From: Cyanobacteria bacterium P01_A01_bin.123
GTDB taxonomy: Bacteria > Cyanobacteriota > Cyanobacteriia > Phormidesmidales > Phormidesmidaceae
Direction: 5' to 3'
Length of the DNA: 64,000 nucleotides
Assembly (NCBI GenBank): GCA_039815185.1
Contig: JBCBZT010000016.1
Coordinates: 1-64,000 of the forward strand
The translations under genes and the position numbers were made by a program. The notes beneath the pieces were generated by a model. The model made no database searches. It worked only from the letters and a program-made list of their open reading frames with translations, and was not told the DNA's origin. Shown here piece by piece: positions 8,962 through 19,115 of the stretch. How positions within the stretch are numbered: the stretch's first letter is position 1; every line of letters begins with the position of its first letter.

Positions 8962-10089
8962 TCAATACTCTATGTCATTTCCTTGACTAAAACTCAACCA
9001 GGCTTGATCTGTAAAGGTTTCAAACTCCTTACGAAAGCGTTCAATTGAAAATTGCTCAGCTTGGTGACGACTCAGCTCTGGGCTAAAGTTTCCTAACGTT
9101 TTTTGAAATCTCTGAACGGCATCAACCAGAGCCGTGACAGTTTGTTCGATAAAGAATACGCCTGTTTTGCCCTCGATCACTGTTTCAGTGGCCCCTCCTC
9201 TAGCAAAGGCAATAACAGGTGCCCCAGCAGCCTGAGCTTCCACAACCGTAATGCCAAAGTCTTCTTGAGCCGCAAACACAAAAGCCTGGCATCGCTGCAT
9301 ATAGTCTTCAACAATGGCATCAGACTGCTTTCCGAGGAGCTTAATATTAGGACGGGCGATCGCCCGAATTTGCTCCCCCATTGGCCCATCCCCAATCACA
9401 ACTAGCGGCAATCCCAGTTGGTTAAAGGCCTGTACTATCAAATCAACCCGTTTGTAGGGCACAAATCGAGCCACGCTCAAATAGAACGGCTCTCGATCAG
9501 ATTGGGGTCGGAATCGATGAATATCCACAGGGGGATAAATGACCTGGGCAGAGCGGCGATAACATTTCTGAATACGCCGGGCAATGTAGTGAGAATTGGC
9601 AACAAAATGATCGACTCGATTAGCGCTGAGCTGATCCCAAAGGCGCAAATAGTGCAAGATCAGTCGCGTCAGGCCTCCTTTAAACCCGTGGGTTAAGCCT
9701 GCTTGGGACAGATACTGGTGCTGCAAGTCCCAGGCATAGCGCATGGGGGTATGAACATAGCTAATGTGTAATTGATCTGGATTTGAGATAATCCCTTTGG
9801 CTACGGCATGACTGCTGGAAATTATCACCTCGTAAGCACTCATATCAAATTGCTCTACCGCCATGGGCATCAGCGGCAGGTATTGGCGGAAGTGCGTTTT
9901 TGCAAATGGCAGTTGCTGAATAAATGACGTTTGAACTGATTTTTGATGGATAAAGTCGCGATGGTCAGCAGCTAAAAAATCCACCAAACTGAATAAGTCA
10001 GCTTCTGGATATACTGCCAGCATTTGCTCAACTACCTTTTCTGACCCAGCGTGAGTGACAAACCACTCATGGGTGATCGCGATCTTCAT
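8962..10089 (-). CDS. GT4 glycosyltransferase, WbaZ/mannosyltransferase-like
   Basis: HEW....GSEKV, SSSHAVAKG, YVHTPMRYAWD, EDFGI..VEAQAAG. Confidence 0.92.
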   Translation of the reverse strand: MKIAITHEWFVTHAGSEKVVEQMLAVYPEADLFSLVDFLAADHRDFIHQKSVQTSFIQQLPFAKTHFRQYLPLMPMAVEQFDMSAYEVIISSSHAVAKGIISNPDQLHISYVHTPMRYAWDLQHQYLSQAGLTHGFKGGLTRLILHYLRLWDQLSANRVDHFVANSHYIARRIQKCYRRSAQVIYPPVDIHRFRPQSDREPFYLSVARFVPYKRVDLIVQAFNQLGLPLVVIGDGPMGEQIRAIARPNIKLLGKQSDAIVEDYMQRCQAFVFAAQEDFGITVVEAQAAGAPVIAFARGGATETVIEGKTGVFFIEQTVTALVDAVQRFQKTLGNFSPELSRHQAEQFSIERFRKEFETFTDQAWLSFSQGNDIEY

Positions 10090-10190
10090 AGGCAGTTCCG
10101 AATTACGCTAGTGTCTGGATAGAATCAAAAAGCCCAAGATAACTGCTGAAGGATCGAATAGGCTAGCAAAAGTAAGTTAATAGAGCATTT

Positions 10191-10982
10191 ATGATCACCG
10201 TAGAGCCTATAGGCGGACTCTGCAACCGCTTGCGTAGCTTAGTGTCCGTATTGGCACTAGGGCGAGAGCTCCAGCAGGATATCCATCTCATTTGGAATTT
10301 AGATGGCAGCTTGAATTGCCCTTTTGATGAGCTGTTTATTGTGCCTCAGAAAATAGTTCGGCTCAACCAAAGAGGTCGCATTAGAAAACGTCTTGCTCCC
10401 TTGTTTAGGTCTTTTTATCGCTACGATTGGGTATTGAATCCTGAGACGCTGCGTCACCTGAAAGCCGAGAATTATGATTTTAGACAGCTAAAAGACTACC
10501 GCAAGGTTTATCTGCAAACTGACTTTGGCTGCTTTCGAGCTAATTTAGACTACAGTGAATTAAAGCTGCACCCCATGCATCAACAAAAGCTGGGCCAGTA
10601 TGCTGAGTTATTTGCTCGCGCTAATGTGGTTGGGGTGCACATCCGCCGGGGAGATAATCTAGATGCTCGTCAGCACAGTCCTTTGAAAGAGTTCATCAAG
10701 CAAATGAAGGTTGAGATCGCTCAAGATCAAAATGTTTGTTTCTTTGTTGCAACCGATGATCCAGATATAGAAAATATCTTGAAGGAAAACTTTCCAAAGC
10801 AGGCGTTTATCCACCCCAAGCAAAGCAGACTCCGCTCGCAGCGCCAAGGGATTTACGATGCCCTAATTGATTTGTACGGCTTGGCCAGTTGCCGCAAGGT
10901 GATTGGCAGTTACTATAGTTCTTTCACTGATGTTGCCTGCTGTCTTAGAGGGGCAGAGAAAGTCGTGATTTATCAGGCTTGA
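10191..10982 (+). CDS. putative fucosyltransferase-fold glycosyltransferase (GT11/GT23-like)
   Basis: GGLCNRL, VGVHIRRGD, FVATDD, IGSYYSSF motifs of GDP-fucose-binding transferases; the only plus-strand gene in the locus. Confidence 0.75.
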   Translation: MITVEPIGGLCNRLRSLVSVLALGRELQQDIHLIWNLDGSLNCPFDELFIVPQKIVRLNQRGRIRKRLAPLFRSFYRYDWVLNPETLRHLKAENYDFRQLKDYRKVYLQTDFGCFRANLDYSELKLHPMHQQKLGQYAELFARANVVGVHIRRGDNLDARQHSPLKEFIKQMKVEIAQDQNVCFFVATDDPDIENILKENFPKQAFIHPKQSRLRSQRQGIYDALIDLYGLASCRKVIGSYYSSFTDVACCLRGAEKVVIYQA

Positions 10983-11787
10983 AAGGGGTGCAGCAATAGC
11001 GCAAAAAGAGATAGATTAGTGGCGGCAAAAATAGGTGAGATTTTTTATGGCAGAAGGTGCGATAAAGTCCCCTTAAAGAGTTGAGCTGCACAGCCTTCTG
11101 TGCCTTGGAAAAATCATTCAGCAGAATTATATGGGGGGCAACATAGGCTTGAATGCCGTCTTGCCTAGCCCGCAAAATCAGCTCTGAGTCGCTGTGATAG
11201 TGAGGCAGTAACCAGGCGTTGTAAAGACCAATTCTTTCAAAAACGCTGCGATGGATCAGCACACCGTTACCTGGTAAGGCGTCTACTGGCAAAATCTCTT
11301 GTTCCAAAAGGGTCGGGGGCAAGGCCTGTGCTGAGACATCCTGATAACGCAGGGTAATCATCTTAGGCTGATTCCAGTTGATTTGGGTGCCAAGAGACCA
11401 GATCAGCCCAGGTTGGGAGAGATAATCGATTCGGTTGCCGAGAATAGTTAAGTGATGGCGGATTGCCAGAGCAACTAAGCGTTCTACATGGTCAGTCTCG
11501 ATCACCGAGTCGTCATTAATCGTGAGTATAAACTCAACGTTATGTTCAAGGGCGTAGCGGATACCGTGGTTAGTTGCGCCAGCCCAATAATTGCGATCGC
11601 CCACCTCAATCACTTTAACGTCAGGAAAATTATCTCTTACTGCTGCTGGGGTGCCATCGCTGGAGGCTGAATCTACTACCACTGGCTGTAGATGGCTGTA
11701 AGTCTGTTGCGATAGGGCTGCCAAAAAGCGGAGGGTTTTCACTCGCCGATTGCGCGTGGGAATAATTGCAGCAACAGTAGGTTTCAT
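10945..11787 (-). CDS. GT2 glycosyltransferase (rhamnosyltransferase-like)
   Basis: IIPTRNR, VVDSASSDGT, INDDS, GNGVLI, HYHSD. Confidence 0.88.
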   Translation of the reverse strand: MKPTVAAIIPTRNRRVKTLRFLAALSQQTYSHLQPVVVDSASSDGTPAAVRDNFPDVKVIEVGDRNYWAGATNHGIRYALEHNVEFILTINDDSVIETDHVERLVALAIRHHLTILGNRIDYLSQPGLIWSLGTQINWNQPKMITLRYQDVSAQALPPTLLEQEILPVDALPGNGVLIHRSVFERIGLYNAWLLPHYHSDSELILRARQDGIQAYVAPHIILLNDFSKAQKAVQLNSLRGLYRTFCHKKSHLFLPPLIYLFLRYCCTPFKPDKSRLSLPL

Positions 11788-11808
11788 TCGAGGGCAGTCA
11801 GCGTTTTC

Positions 11809-13068
11809 TTAGCCCAGCGATAGGCATTGCTCAAACAGTTGCCGATAGTGGTTAGCCTGTTTTGTGTGACTAAAATACTGCTCGGCTTTGGCTCGGGCTG
11901 TTTGCCGTAGTGCAGCAGGCTGGGGATGATCGAGCACCCAGGCGATACCCTTGGCCAAATCTTGGTCATTGTAGGGCTGGGCCAAATAGCCATTTTGTTG
12001 ATGATCTACGATGTCCTTTAACCCTGTGGCATCGAAGGCGACGACAGGAATCCCACAGGCTAAGGCTTCTGAAGCAGTTTGGCCAAACGCCTCATAGCGG
12101 GAAGGAACGACCATAACGTTTGCGGCTGCATAGGTTAATACTAGGCTGATGGTGTCTTGCAGTGGGCCAAGCGCATGTACGACGCAACCCAGATCAAGGT
12201 TGATCTGGTCACCGCAGGGGCCAAATAAGACAACTTCTGCCGCAGCAGAGGGCGATCGCAGTGATAGGTCAGCTCGCAATCGCTGCATAGCTGTCTGAAA
12301 CAAATCTAGCCCTTTGGTTGGATTGTCTAGGGCACTGGCCCCGCAAAGAATTAGGGGTACATCCAGGGGGAGCCGGAGTAGTTCACGGGCGGTACGTTGA
12401 GGGATTGGGCGGAACTGGTCTAAATCCAACCCATTGGCAATCACCTCAATCGGAACCGGGTGGAACAAACTGCTGCGGCGAGCAACATCGGCTAGCCAGT
12501 GACTCGGGCAAACCAGCGTCAGGTTCACGGCTTTCCAGGCGTTGGCCTTACGTCGCCACACCCAACGGGATAAATCCCAGTCAGTGTGACTGTCCAACTG
12601 GGGACAACGGCCACAAGCCTTTTGGTAGCGATCGCAGCCATGGCTATAGTGACAGCCACCCGTTAGTGGCCACATGTCATGTAAGGTCCACACTAGAGGT
12701 CGCTGAAATTGCGCTAGGGCCTCGATGGGGACAAAGCCACCGCTCACCCAGTGCAGGTTGAGAATATCTGGGGCTAGCGGTTCGATCGTCAGGTCGAACC
12801 GATTGGGTAGCCACTGGGGGAAAAAAGTAACCCCGCGATCGCGACGACGGTAGAGCTGTAACGGCAGCGCATCGATCACCCCGCGAGTTTTGGCCCAACC
12901 CTGCTGCAGTTTACCCGCCGGCCCAATCACCGTTGGGTCTTCGCTGAGCTTTTCCCGCACGAGCATTGTAGAGTTCACACCTTGTTGCTGCAGACCTTGA
13001 TGTAGGCGTGATACCGCGATCGCAGCACCACCCTTACGATCAAATGTACTTAGCATCAGCACTTTCAA
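11809..13068 (-). CDS. GT4 glycosyltransferase (WcaC-like)
   Basis: GGAAIA, WTLHDMW..TGGCHY...C, C..CPQL, EAFGQTASEALACG. Confidence 0.92.
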   Translation of the reverse strand: MKVLMLSTFDRKGGAAIAVSRLHQGLQQQGVNSTMLVREKLSEDPTVIGPAGKLQQGWAKTRGVIDALPLQLYRRRDRGVTFFPQWLPNRFDLTIEPLAPDILNLHWVSGGFVPIEALAQFQRPLVWTLHDMWPLTGGCHYSHGCDRYQKACGRCPQLDSHTDWDLSRWVWRRKANAWKAVNLTLVCPSHWLADVARRSSLFHPVPIEVIANGLDLDQFRPIPQRTARELLRLPLDVPLILCGASALDNPTKGLDLFQTAMQRLRADLSLRSPSAAAEVVLFGPCGDQINLDLGCVVHALGPLQDTISLVLTYAAANVMVVPSRYEAFGQTASEALACGIPVVAFDATGLKDIVDHQQNGYLAQPYNDQDLAKGIAWVLDHPQPAALRQTARAKAEQYFSHTKQANHYRQLFEQCLSLG

Positions 13069-13082
13069 TGACCCACCTCTAT

Positions 13083-14027
13083 CTACAGTCCGATGCCAAA
13101 CTTGCGACGAATGCGGTTGATCGGAGCCATACTGAACAGCACATTTTGGGTGTAACGATCAGCTCGGGCATCTCGGATCACATAGGGCGGGTGCTTTAGG
13201 GGAAACGTCACGGCACCGCTTGCCAAATCAGCAAAAATATTACGACGAACCAAATGAGTTCCTGCAGTCCCAAATCCGATATTGGACACGAGATTGATCT
13301 GGGGCAAAATCGTTAGCCCTGACCGTAACCAGCAAGCCAGGGTCCAGCGATAATCCCAGGTATCATAAATGCCCTCAAAGGTTCGTTGAAAAGCTGTTTC
13401 CCAGACCTTCACCGCTGCTCGATCCTGCAAAATATCCCAGAGCCAGCCCTGATCGCGCACCGTTGGCCATTGACTCATATCAAAGTCAAAGTGCTGCCAT
13501 GCTCGTTGCCAAGTTGCCCAGCCCCAGCAATGGTTGTAGCGGGAAAAATAATAGCTGTAGGCAGTGCGGCAGCGACCAAACTGATAGTTGTCGCCCGAAA
13601 TAGTCATGATCCGCTGATCGTTGGCATAGTGGTTTAACAGCGCTTGGCAAAACAGGAAGAAACTCGGATCGGGCAGGCAATCATCTTCTAAAATAATCGC
13701 TTGATCGACTTGACTAAAAACCCAATCTAAACCGCTAGAAATGCGTTTCGCTAAGCCTAAATTCACAGGCGAAAAGTCGGTGTAGACCTGACAATCCCAA
13801 TCAATTGATCGAACAACCTCCCGTGTTGTTTCACAACTCTGGGCTTCCTGGGGACGCGCCGGATGGGGCCCATCAGCAATTATCAGTAATTGGCTAGGAC
13901 GGACCTGACGAATCGCCTCAAATACCCTCGCAGTTAAGTCTGGGCGACGGTAGATGAAAAAGGCGATCGGAGTGTGGAGCTGAAAATCTGTTGGCATGAT
14001 TCGACCTATACTGCATGCCCTACTCAA
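13083..14027 (-). CDS. GT-A glycosyltransferase (HlpA-like family)
   Basis: ADGP, IILEDDC, HCWGWATW, NLVSNIGFG; start may be the Met at 13997. Confidence 0.8.
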   Translation of the reverse strand: MSRACSIGRIMPTDFQLHTPIAFFIYRRPDLTARVFEAIRQVRPSQLLIIADGPHPARPQEAQSCETTREVVRSIDWDCQVYTDFSPVNLGLAKRISSGLDWVFSQVDQAIILEDDCLPDPSFFLFCQALLNHYANDQRIMTISGDNYQFGRCRTAYSYYFSRYNHCWGWATWQRAWQHFDFDMSQWPTVRDQGWLWDILQDRAAVKVWETAFQRTFEGIYDTWDYRWTLACWLRSGLTILPQINLVSNIGFGTAGTHLVRRNIFADLASGAVTFPLKHPPYVIRDARADRYTQNVLFSMAPINRIRRKFGIGL

Positions 14028-14980
14028 ACCAAAAGGGAGTGTACCTTTTCATAGATTAAACCGATTCCCCCCACGTGCTTGAGCACTTTCTCGTAAACAT
14101 AATTTTGCCAATGGGGATATTTTTGGCGATCGCGGCAAAGCATCCCTCCCGTCATCGCCCAAGCGATCAACCCACTCCTTGCCAGCATTAATCCTGCTAA
14201 CAGCGGCAGGTGCAACAAGATAATGTGTTTCGGACGGATTTCATCGAAGGTAATTAGCCAAGAGCGGCCATCTACGAATCGCTGTTTCACATGCCACCTG
14301 AGGTTTAACTTTTGGGGAGCCACTAGATGCTGTACTTTCAGAGCGGGGTCATAATAAATGACTGCCTCGGGTAGCGTGGCCCGAATCTGTCGCACCAAGG
14401 CAACTTCTTCACCGTACCAGAGCTTCTGGCCTCGATGCCCGAGCTCAGGGTTGAATCCCCCTAACTTCGCCAGGATAGCCTTTTGAATGAACAAGTTGCC
14501 TGCATGTAGATACTCATGGGCAGCTATACGCCTAGCGTTATCACCCAAATGATAGCTACCGTAGTCATCCTTAAACCAGTTTGGTTTTGGGGTATTGTAG
14601 ATGGCAAAGTAAGGCCCGCCAAATACAGCAGGAGCAAGATCATCAATGATGTGTTTAGCAACTTTCAACCAATCAGGAGGAACACGACAATCGTCATCGG
14701 CATAGGCAATGTAGATTCCTTGGGCTTCTTGAACCCCGCGATTACGAGCATGAGCTATCCCCTGAGCTGGCTCAAAACAATACTTGAGGTTGGGCTGCGA
14801 TCGCATATGTTCTGCCACAACTGCCTTTGTTCCATCGCTAGAATTATTATCTACAACAACAATTTCATAGGACTCAGGCGCTAAAGTTTGGTGACACAAG
14901 TCTTGCAAGATGCTATCCAACAAGTCGCGGCGATTGTAGGTGCAAAGAACGGCTGAAATAAGGGGTCTCATAGGAGACAT
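14024..14980 (-). CDS. GT2 glycosyltransferase
   Basis: CTYNR, VVDNNSSDGT, ARNRG, YADDD, GEE. Confidence 0.9.
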   Translation of the reverse strand: MSPMRPLISAVLCTYNRRDLLDSILQDLCHQTLAPESYEIVVVDNNSSDGTKAVVAEHMRSQPNLKYCFEPAQGIAHARNRGVQEAQGIYIAYADDDCRVPPDWLKVAKHIIDDLAPAVFGGPYFAIYNTPKPNWFKDDYGSYHLGDNARRIAAHEYLHAGNLFIQKAILAKLGGFNPELGHRGQKLWYGEEVALVRQIRATLPEAVIYYDPALKVQHLVAPQKLNLRWHVKQRFVDGRSWLITFDEIRPKHIILLHLPLLAGLMLARSGLIAWAMTGGMLCRDRQKYPHWQNYVYEKVLKHVGGIGLIYEKVHSLLV

Positions 14981-14994
14981 AGACGACTTGATAT

Positions 14995-15936
14995 TTAATA
15001 TTGTTTACTAGCGCCAGTTTGTAAAAAGTTTTCTTTCAACAGTTGTTTTAGCGAACGAAGTCTTGCTCGGCTAAACACCAAAGGATCTTTCCAAAGTCCC
15101 CATATTATCCACTTCCAACCTTGGAAGAACTTACCCGTTTGCAGCAAAGCTTGACCATAGTCTGTTCCATGACGAGCAAGCGCCTTGCGGTTTGCGTACC
15201 ATGTCTGAAGATTAAGGGGCAATTGCTTAGCAGCCCGCTGGTGCAGGATCAGATCCTCATACGCAATATGAAGACGATATCGGGAGCTGCGAGTCAGGCT
15301 AGTTGAAAGATCGCGTATATCGGTTAAAAATTCTGGCAGGATGACCACATCACCCAGCTCAATCAGTTTCAACCACAGGTCAAAATCATTAGCGCAAACA
15401 AAGCTTGCATCGTATCCACCCTGGCGAGACGCAGCTGCTTTGCGAAATACAATAGACGAGTTCGGCAGCGGATTTCCCCAAACCATGGCATCACAAATAT
15501 CGGTCATGGTTGTCGGGGGTGTCGCTTGATTGATTTCTTGACCGATTTCATCAATACAGCGACACCAGGTGCCTACAATAACGATAGTGCTATTGCCAGT
15601 GCCTCCAAAGTGCGGAATCTGCTTCTCAAGTTTCTGAGGCAACCACAGATCGTCAACATCTAACACCGCAACAAACTCACCACTAAGATGCTGAAACGCC
15701 CTGGCACGTGCAGCCCCTAGCTCAGTATGCTCAGGTGCTCGAAAGTATTTTAGACGAGCATCTCCGTAGCTTTTGAAAATTTCTGCACTACGATCGGTGG
15801 ATTGATTATCCCAAAAAATTAGCTCCCAATTTTGGTAAGTTTGGGCCAGCACACAATCGATTGCTTCTCGGAGATACGTTTCCCCGTTGTAGCAATTCAT
15901 CAAGACACTAACTAGGGGTTCAGATTCGTTCTGCAT
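14995..15936 (-). CDS. GT2 glycosyltransferase
   Basis: PLVSVLMNCYN, WDNQSTD, LDVDDLW.P.KLEKQ, DFDLWLK; start placed at MQNESEP. Confidence 0.9.
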   Translation of the reverse strand: MQNESEPLVSVLMNCYNGETYLREAIDCVLAQTYQNWELIFWDNQSTDRSAEIFKSYGDARLKYFRAPEHTELGAARARAFQHLSGEFVAVLDVDDLWLPQKLEKQIPHFGGTGNSTIVIVGTWCRCIDEIGQEINQATPPTTMTDICDAMVWGNPLPNSSIVFRKAAASRQGGYDASFVCANDFDLWLKLIELGDVVILPEFLTDIRDLSTSLTRSSRYRLHIAYEDLILHQRAAKQLPLNLQTWYANRKALARHGTDYGQALLQTGKFFQGWKWIIWGLWKDPLVFSRARLRSLKQLLKENFLQTGASKQY

Positions 15937-16846
15937 ACCAGTTGATCGTGTTACGCAAACCGTCCTCCAAGCCAACCTGGGGTCTCCAATTCAAAACATT
16001 CAGAATGCGGGTAATGTCAGCATAGAGACTCATATTTTCCCCAACTCGATAGGGAATAGCGCCAAAGTTTGGTTTACCTTTGCCAATTAAGTCTCTGACC
16101 TGCTCAATCACGGTGCGGATGGCAATGGGTTGTCCGGACGCAACATTGAAGACTTGTCCATCCATCTCTTCGCTGGTAAGGGTTTGGATAATAGCATTTG
16201 CCACGTCCTCAACATAACAGAAATCTCGAAGCTGTTCTCCTGTCGAGGTTGGGAATTCCTTATTTTGTAGACAACCCTGAATGATTTGGGGAAGAAATCG
16301 CTTGTTGTTTTGTCCTGGTCCATAGGCAAGGAACAATCGCAGCGTAACTGCAGGAAATCCTTCAGTACGATGCAGCATCTGTAAGAAGTGGGTACTGGCA
16401 ACTTTCCCTAAGGAGTAAGGCGAAATCGGATTTTCACGGAGCGCTTCATGCTGCGGGGAAGGAACATTGCCATATTCATCGCTGCTGCCAATCTGCACGA
16501 AGCGTTTAAGCGAACCGCGTGGCAGGGTCTCGATCAAATTCTGGAGTGCGGTGAACTGGGCCTCAATCATCGCCCGCCCACCTGACTGAAACAGTGTATG
16601 GTCGATGTAACCGCCCAAGTTGACAACATAGTCATACTCTTCTTCGAGCGATCGCCTTATGGCAGAGGCATCAGTAAGATCAATCAATAGATAGCGTACG
16701 CCGTCAACATGCCTATCCTGAGAGGGTGGATTCAAGGAAGCACTTGTTAGCTTCCAGCTTTGCCGCTTCGCCGCTTTGAGCAGATGATGGCCAATGAATC
16801 CCGTCCCCCCAATGACCAATAAATGCGGAGCCATCATGTTTTCCAC
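15920..16846 (-). CDS. NAD-dependent epimerase/4-reductase acting on a CDP-sugar
   Basis: GGTGFIG, GSSDEYG, YSLGK, RLFLAYGPGQ; adjacent to rfbF. Confidence 0.85.
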   Translation of the reverse strand: MENMMAPHLLVIGGTGFIGHHLLKAAKRQSWKLTSASLNPPSQDRHVDGVRYLLIDLTDASAIRRSLEEEYDYVVNLGGYIDHTLFQSGGRAMIEAQFTALQNLIETLPRGSLKRFVQIGSSDEYGNVPSPQHEALRENPISPYSLGKVASTHFLQMLHRTEGFPAVTLRLFLAYGPGQNNKRFLPQIIQGCLQNKEFPTSTGEQLRDFCYVEDVANAIIQTLTSEEMDGQVFNVASGQPIAIRTVIEQVRDLIGKGKPNFGAIPYRVGENMSLYADITRILNVLNWRPQVGLEDGLRNTINWYAERI

Positions 16847-17604
16847 GGTGCTTTACCGGATTGCCAAACCGCTTCCAGGTTATCCCGATCTCGCTTAGTG
16901 TCCATGCATTGCCAAAAGCCGTTGTGCTGGTAGGCCATTAGCTCCCCTAGTTGCGATGCTTGTTCAAGCGGCTCCCGCTCGAGAATGGTGTGGTCTCCCT
17001 CAATCAGCTCGAAAAATCCGGGTTCAATGACGAAGTAACCGCCGTTGATCCAACCTTGCCCCGTCTGCGGTTTTTCCTGAAAAGATGTTACCTGGGCCTG
17101 CTGAATCTGCAATTCGCCGAATCGAGCACCGGGATGAACGGCAGTTACCGTGACGAGCTTGCCATGACTTTTGTGAAACGCAACCAGTTGATCGAGGTCA
17201 AGGTCAGACACGCCATCGCCGTAGGTCAAGAGACAGGTCTCGTTGCCGATATAAGACTGCATCCGTTTGACCCGGCCGCCCGTCATGGAATGCAGCCCTG
17301 TTTCGACCAAGGTCACCCGCCAGTCAATCTTATCCAGTTGATGAGGCGTAACCGCACCCGTTCCCAAATCGACTGTGAAATTGGCGTTCAAAGTCCGGTA
17401 ATGAAGAAAATACTCCTTAATGACTTCAGCCTTATAACCCAGGGCGACGTAAAAATCCTTGTGGCCAAAGTAGGCATAAGTCTTCATAATATGCCACAGC
17501 ATTGGCTTGCCGCCGATGGGCACCATCGGTTTGGGAATGACCTCTGTATATTCAGCTAACCGACTCCCCAAACCACCCGCTAGGATAATAACTTTCATCA
17601 ACAC
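16834..17604 (-). CDS. rfbF: glucose-1-phosphate cytidylyltransferase
   Basis: LAGGLGSRL.E....PKPMV.IG, MTGGR, LTYGDG, FWQCMDTKRD. Confidence 0.95.
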   Translation of the reverse strand: MLMKVIILAGGLGSRLAEYTEVIPKPMVPIGGKPMLWHIMKTYAYFGHKDFYVALGYKAEVIKEYFLHYRTLNANFTVDLGTGAVTPHQLDKIDWRVTLVETGLHSMTGGRVKRMQSYIGNETCLLTYGDGVSDLDLDQLVAFHKSHGKLVTVTAVHPGARFGELQIQQAQVTSFQEKPQTGQGWINGGYFVIEPGFFELIEGDHTILEREPLEQASQLGELMAYQHNGFWQCMDTKRDRDNLEAVWQSGKAPWKT

Positions 17605-18030
17605 TCACCAGGCATACTGAATGGCTGCTAGTTCACGGCGCTCTACCTCCGAAGGGTCATGGGAGAGATTGGCTACGTTAACCACTAAACTTTGAGGCTG
17701 TACCAACCCCATAAATCCAAACCATATCCCTGGAGGCACAGTCAGGCGACAGTAGGTATCACGACCTATCTCTTCGACTCGAAACTGGTGCCCCGCTTCC
17801 AGATAGAATACAAATTTTACTTGCCCCACCGGAACAATTAGATTCATCGTCATCGCCAGATGACGCTTCCAAGCCTTGACGGCACTTGCTTCAACCCAGG
17901 AGAAATATACCTCCCCAAATCCTGAGTAACCAGAATCCATGGTTTTCATGCCATGGAGAACATCGCCCCCTGGGGTGGGAATTCGTCGAAGCGGGGTTAC
18001 GGTAATGCTGTCTAGCGTTATTGCGCCCAC
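17605..18030 (-). CDS. RmlC-like cupin, NDP-4-keto-6-deoxyhexose epimerase
   Basis: FGEVYFS, KAWKRH..MTMNL.VP.G, RLTVPPGIWFGF, HDP.E. Confidence 0.8.
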   Translation of the reverse strand: MGAITLDSITVTPLRRIPTPGGDVLHGMKTMDSGYSGFGEVYFSWVEASAVKAWKRHLAMTMNLIVPVGQVKFVFYLEAGHQFRVEEIGRDTYCRLTVPPGIWFGFMGLVQPQSLVVNVANLSHDPSEVERRELAAIQYAW

Positions 18031-19115
18031 GACAAACCTTGCTGAGCTGCGGTTTTGGTATAGCTATAAATCTGATCCCTGGTGATCGCTGGAATAGCTG
18101 ACGGTGACTGATAGTAAGTGCGATACCATTCTGCTGTGAAGCGAACGGTTTCTGTAAAGTTGAGCAACGCTTGCCACCGTAAATGAAATAGCGCTTTATC
18201 GCAATTGAGCTTCAATAAACCTGACTCATAGGGTCCCAATGCAGCGTTGGAGACATCCTGCCAACGTACCTGCTGCCAATGAGTAGCCATTTTCTCCACG
18301 AGTTCTAAAACACTGTGGCTTTCATGGGTGGAGGGGCCAAAGTTAAACGGTTCTCCATGCAGTTCTGGACGTTGAACCAAAGCCGTGGCAAGTTGGAGAT
18401 AGCCGCTTAACGGTTCAAGCACATGTTGCCAAGGCCTGGTAGCGTGTGGGTTGCGGAGTTGGACAGCGATTCCTTTCGACCAAGCTCGAACACAGTCGGG
18501 CACGATGCGATCGCTTGCCCAATCTCCCCCCCCGATAACATTACCCGCTCGAGCAGAGGCAATTCTGACTGGACTAGTTGCGGTCGGGAAAAAAGACTCG
18601 ATATGAGATCGAATTACGAGCTCTGCTGCACCTTTAGAACCACTGTAGGGGTCTGGCCCGCCTAAAGCATCTGTCTCACGATATCCCCAGACCCACTCGA
18701 CATTGTCATAACACTTATCGCTAGTAATAATTACGGCTCCGCAAGATTTATCAAGCTGGCGGAGGGCTTCTAAAATATGTAGAGTGCCGAAGACATTGGT
18801 ACGCCAGGTTTCTACAGGATCAATGTATGAACGACGTACCAGTGACTGAGCCGCTAAGTGAAATACATAATCTGGTTGGACACCCAAAATAATTTCCTTA
18901 ACTGCGGCTAAATCGCAAAGATTAATGCGGTAGTCTTTTATGCCCTCGGCTACTTTTGCGGCATAGAAATGGGCAGGATCGGTGTGAGGGTCTAGCGCAA
19001 TACCGACGACATGAGCCCCTAACTGCTTTAACCAGATTGTTAACCACGAGCCTTTAAATCCAGTATGTCCAGTGACGACGACCGTCTTATTTACAAAGTC
19101 GGTGCTAATTGACAT
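18018..19115 (-). CDS. rfbG: CDP-glucose 4,6-dehydratase
   Basis: TGHTGFKGSWL, HLAAQ, TSDKCY, ARAGNVIGGGDW, RPWQHVLEPL. Confidence 0.96.
   Translation of the reverse strand: MSISTDFVNKTVVVTGHTGFKGSWLTIWLKQLGAHVVGIALDPHTDPAHFYAAKVAEGIKDYRINLCDLAAVKEIILGVQPDYVFHLAAQSLVRRSYIDPVETWRTNVFGTLHILEALRQLDKSCGAVIITSDKCYDNVEWVWGYRETDALGGPDPYSGSKGAAELVIRSHIESFFPTATSPVRIASARAGNVIGGGDWASDRIVPDCVRAWSKGIAVQLRNPHATRPWQHVLEPLSGYLQLATALVQRPELHGEPFNFGPSTHESHSVLELVEKMATHWQQVRWQDVSNAALGPYESGLLKLNCDKALFHLRWQALLNFTETVRFTAEWYRTYYQSPSAIPAITRDQIYSYTKTAAQQGLSWAQ

Noticed and set aside
16951..17559. 202-aa plus-strand ORF
   Set aside because: Antisense shadow of rfbF
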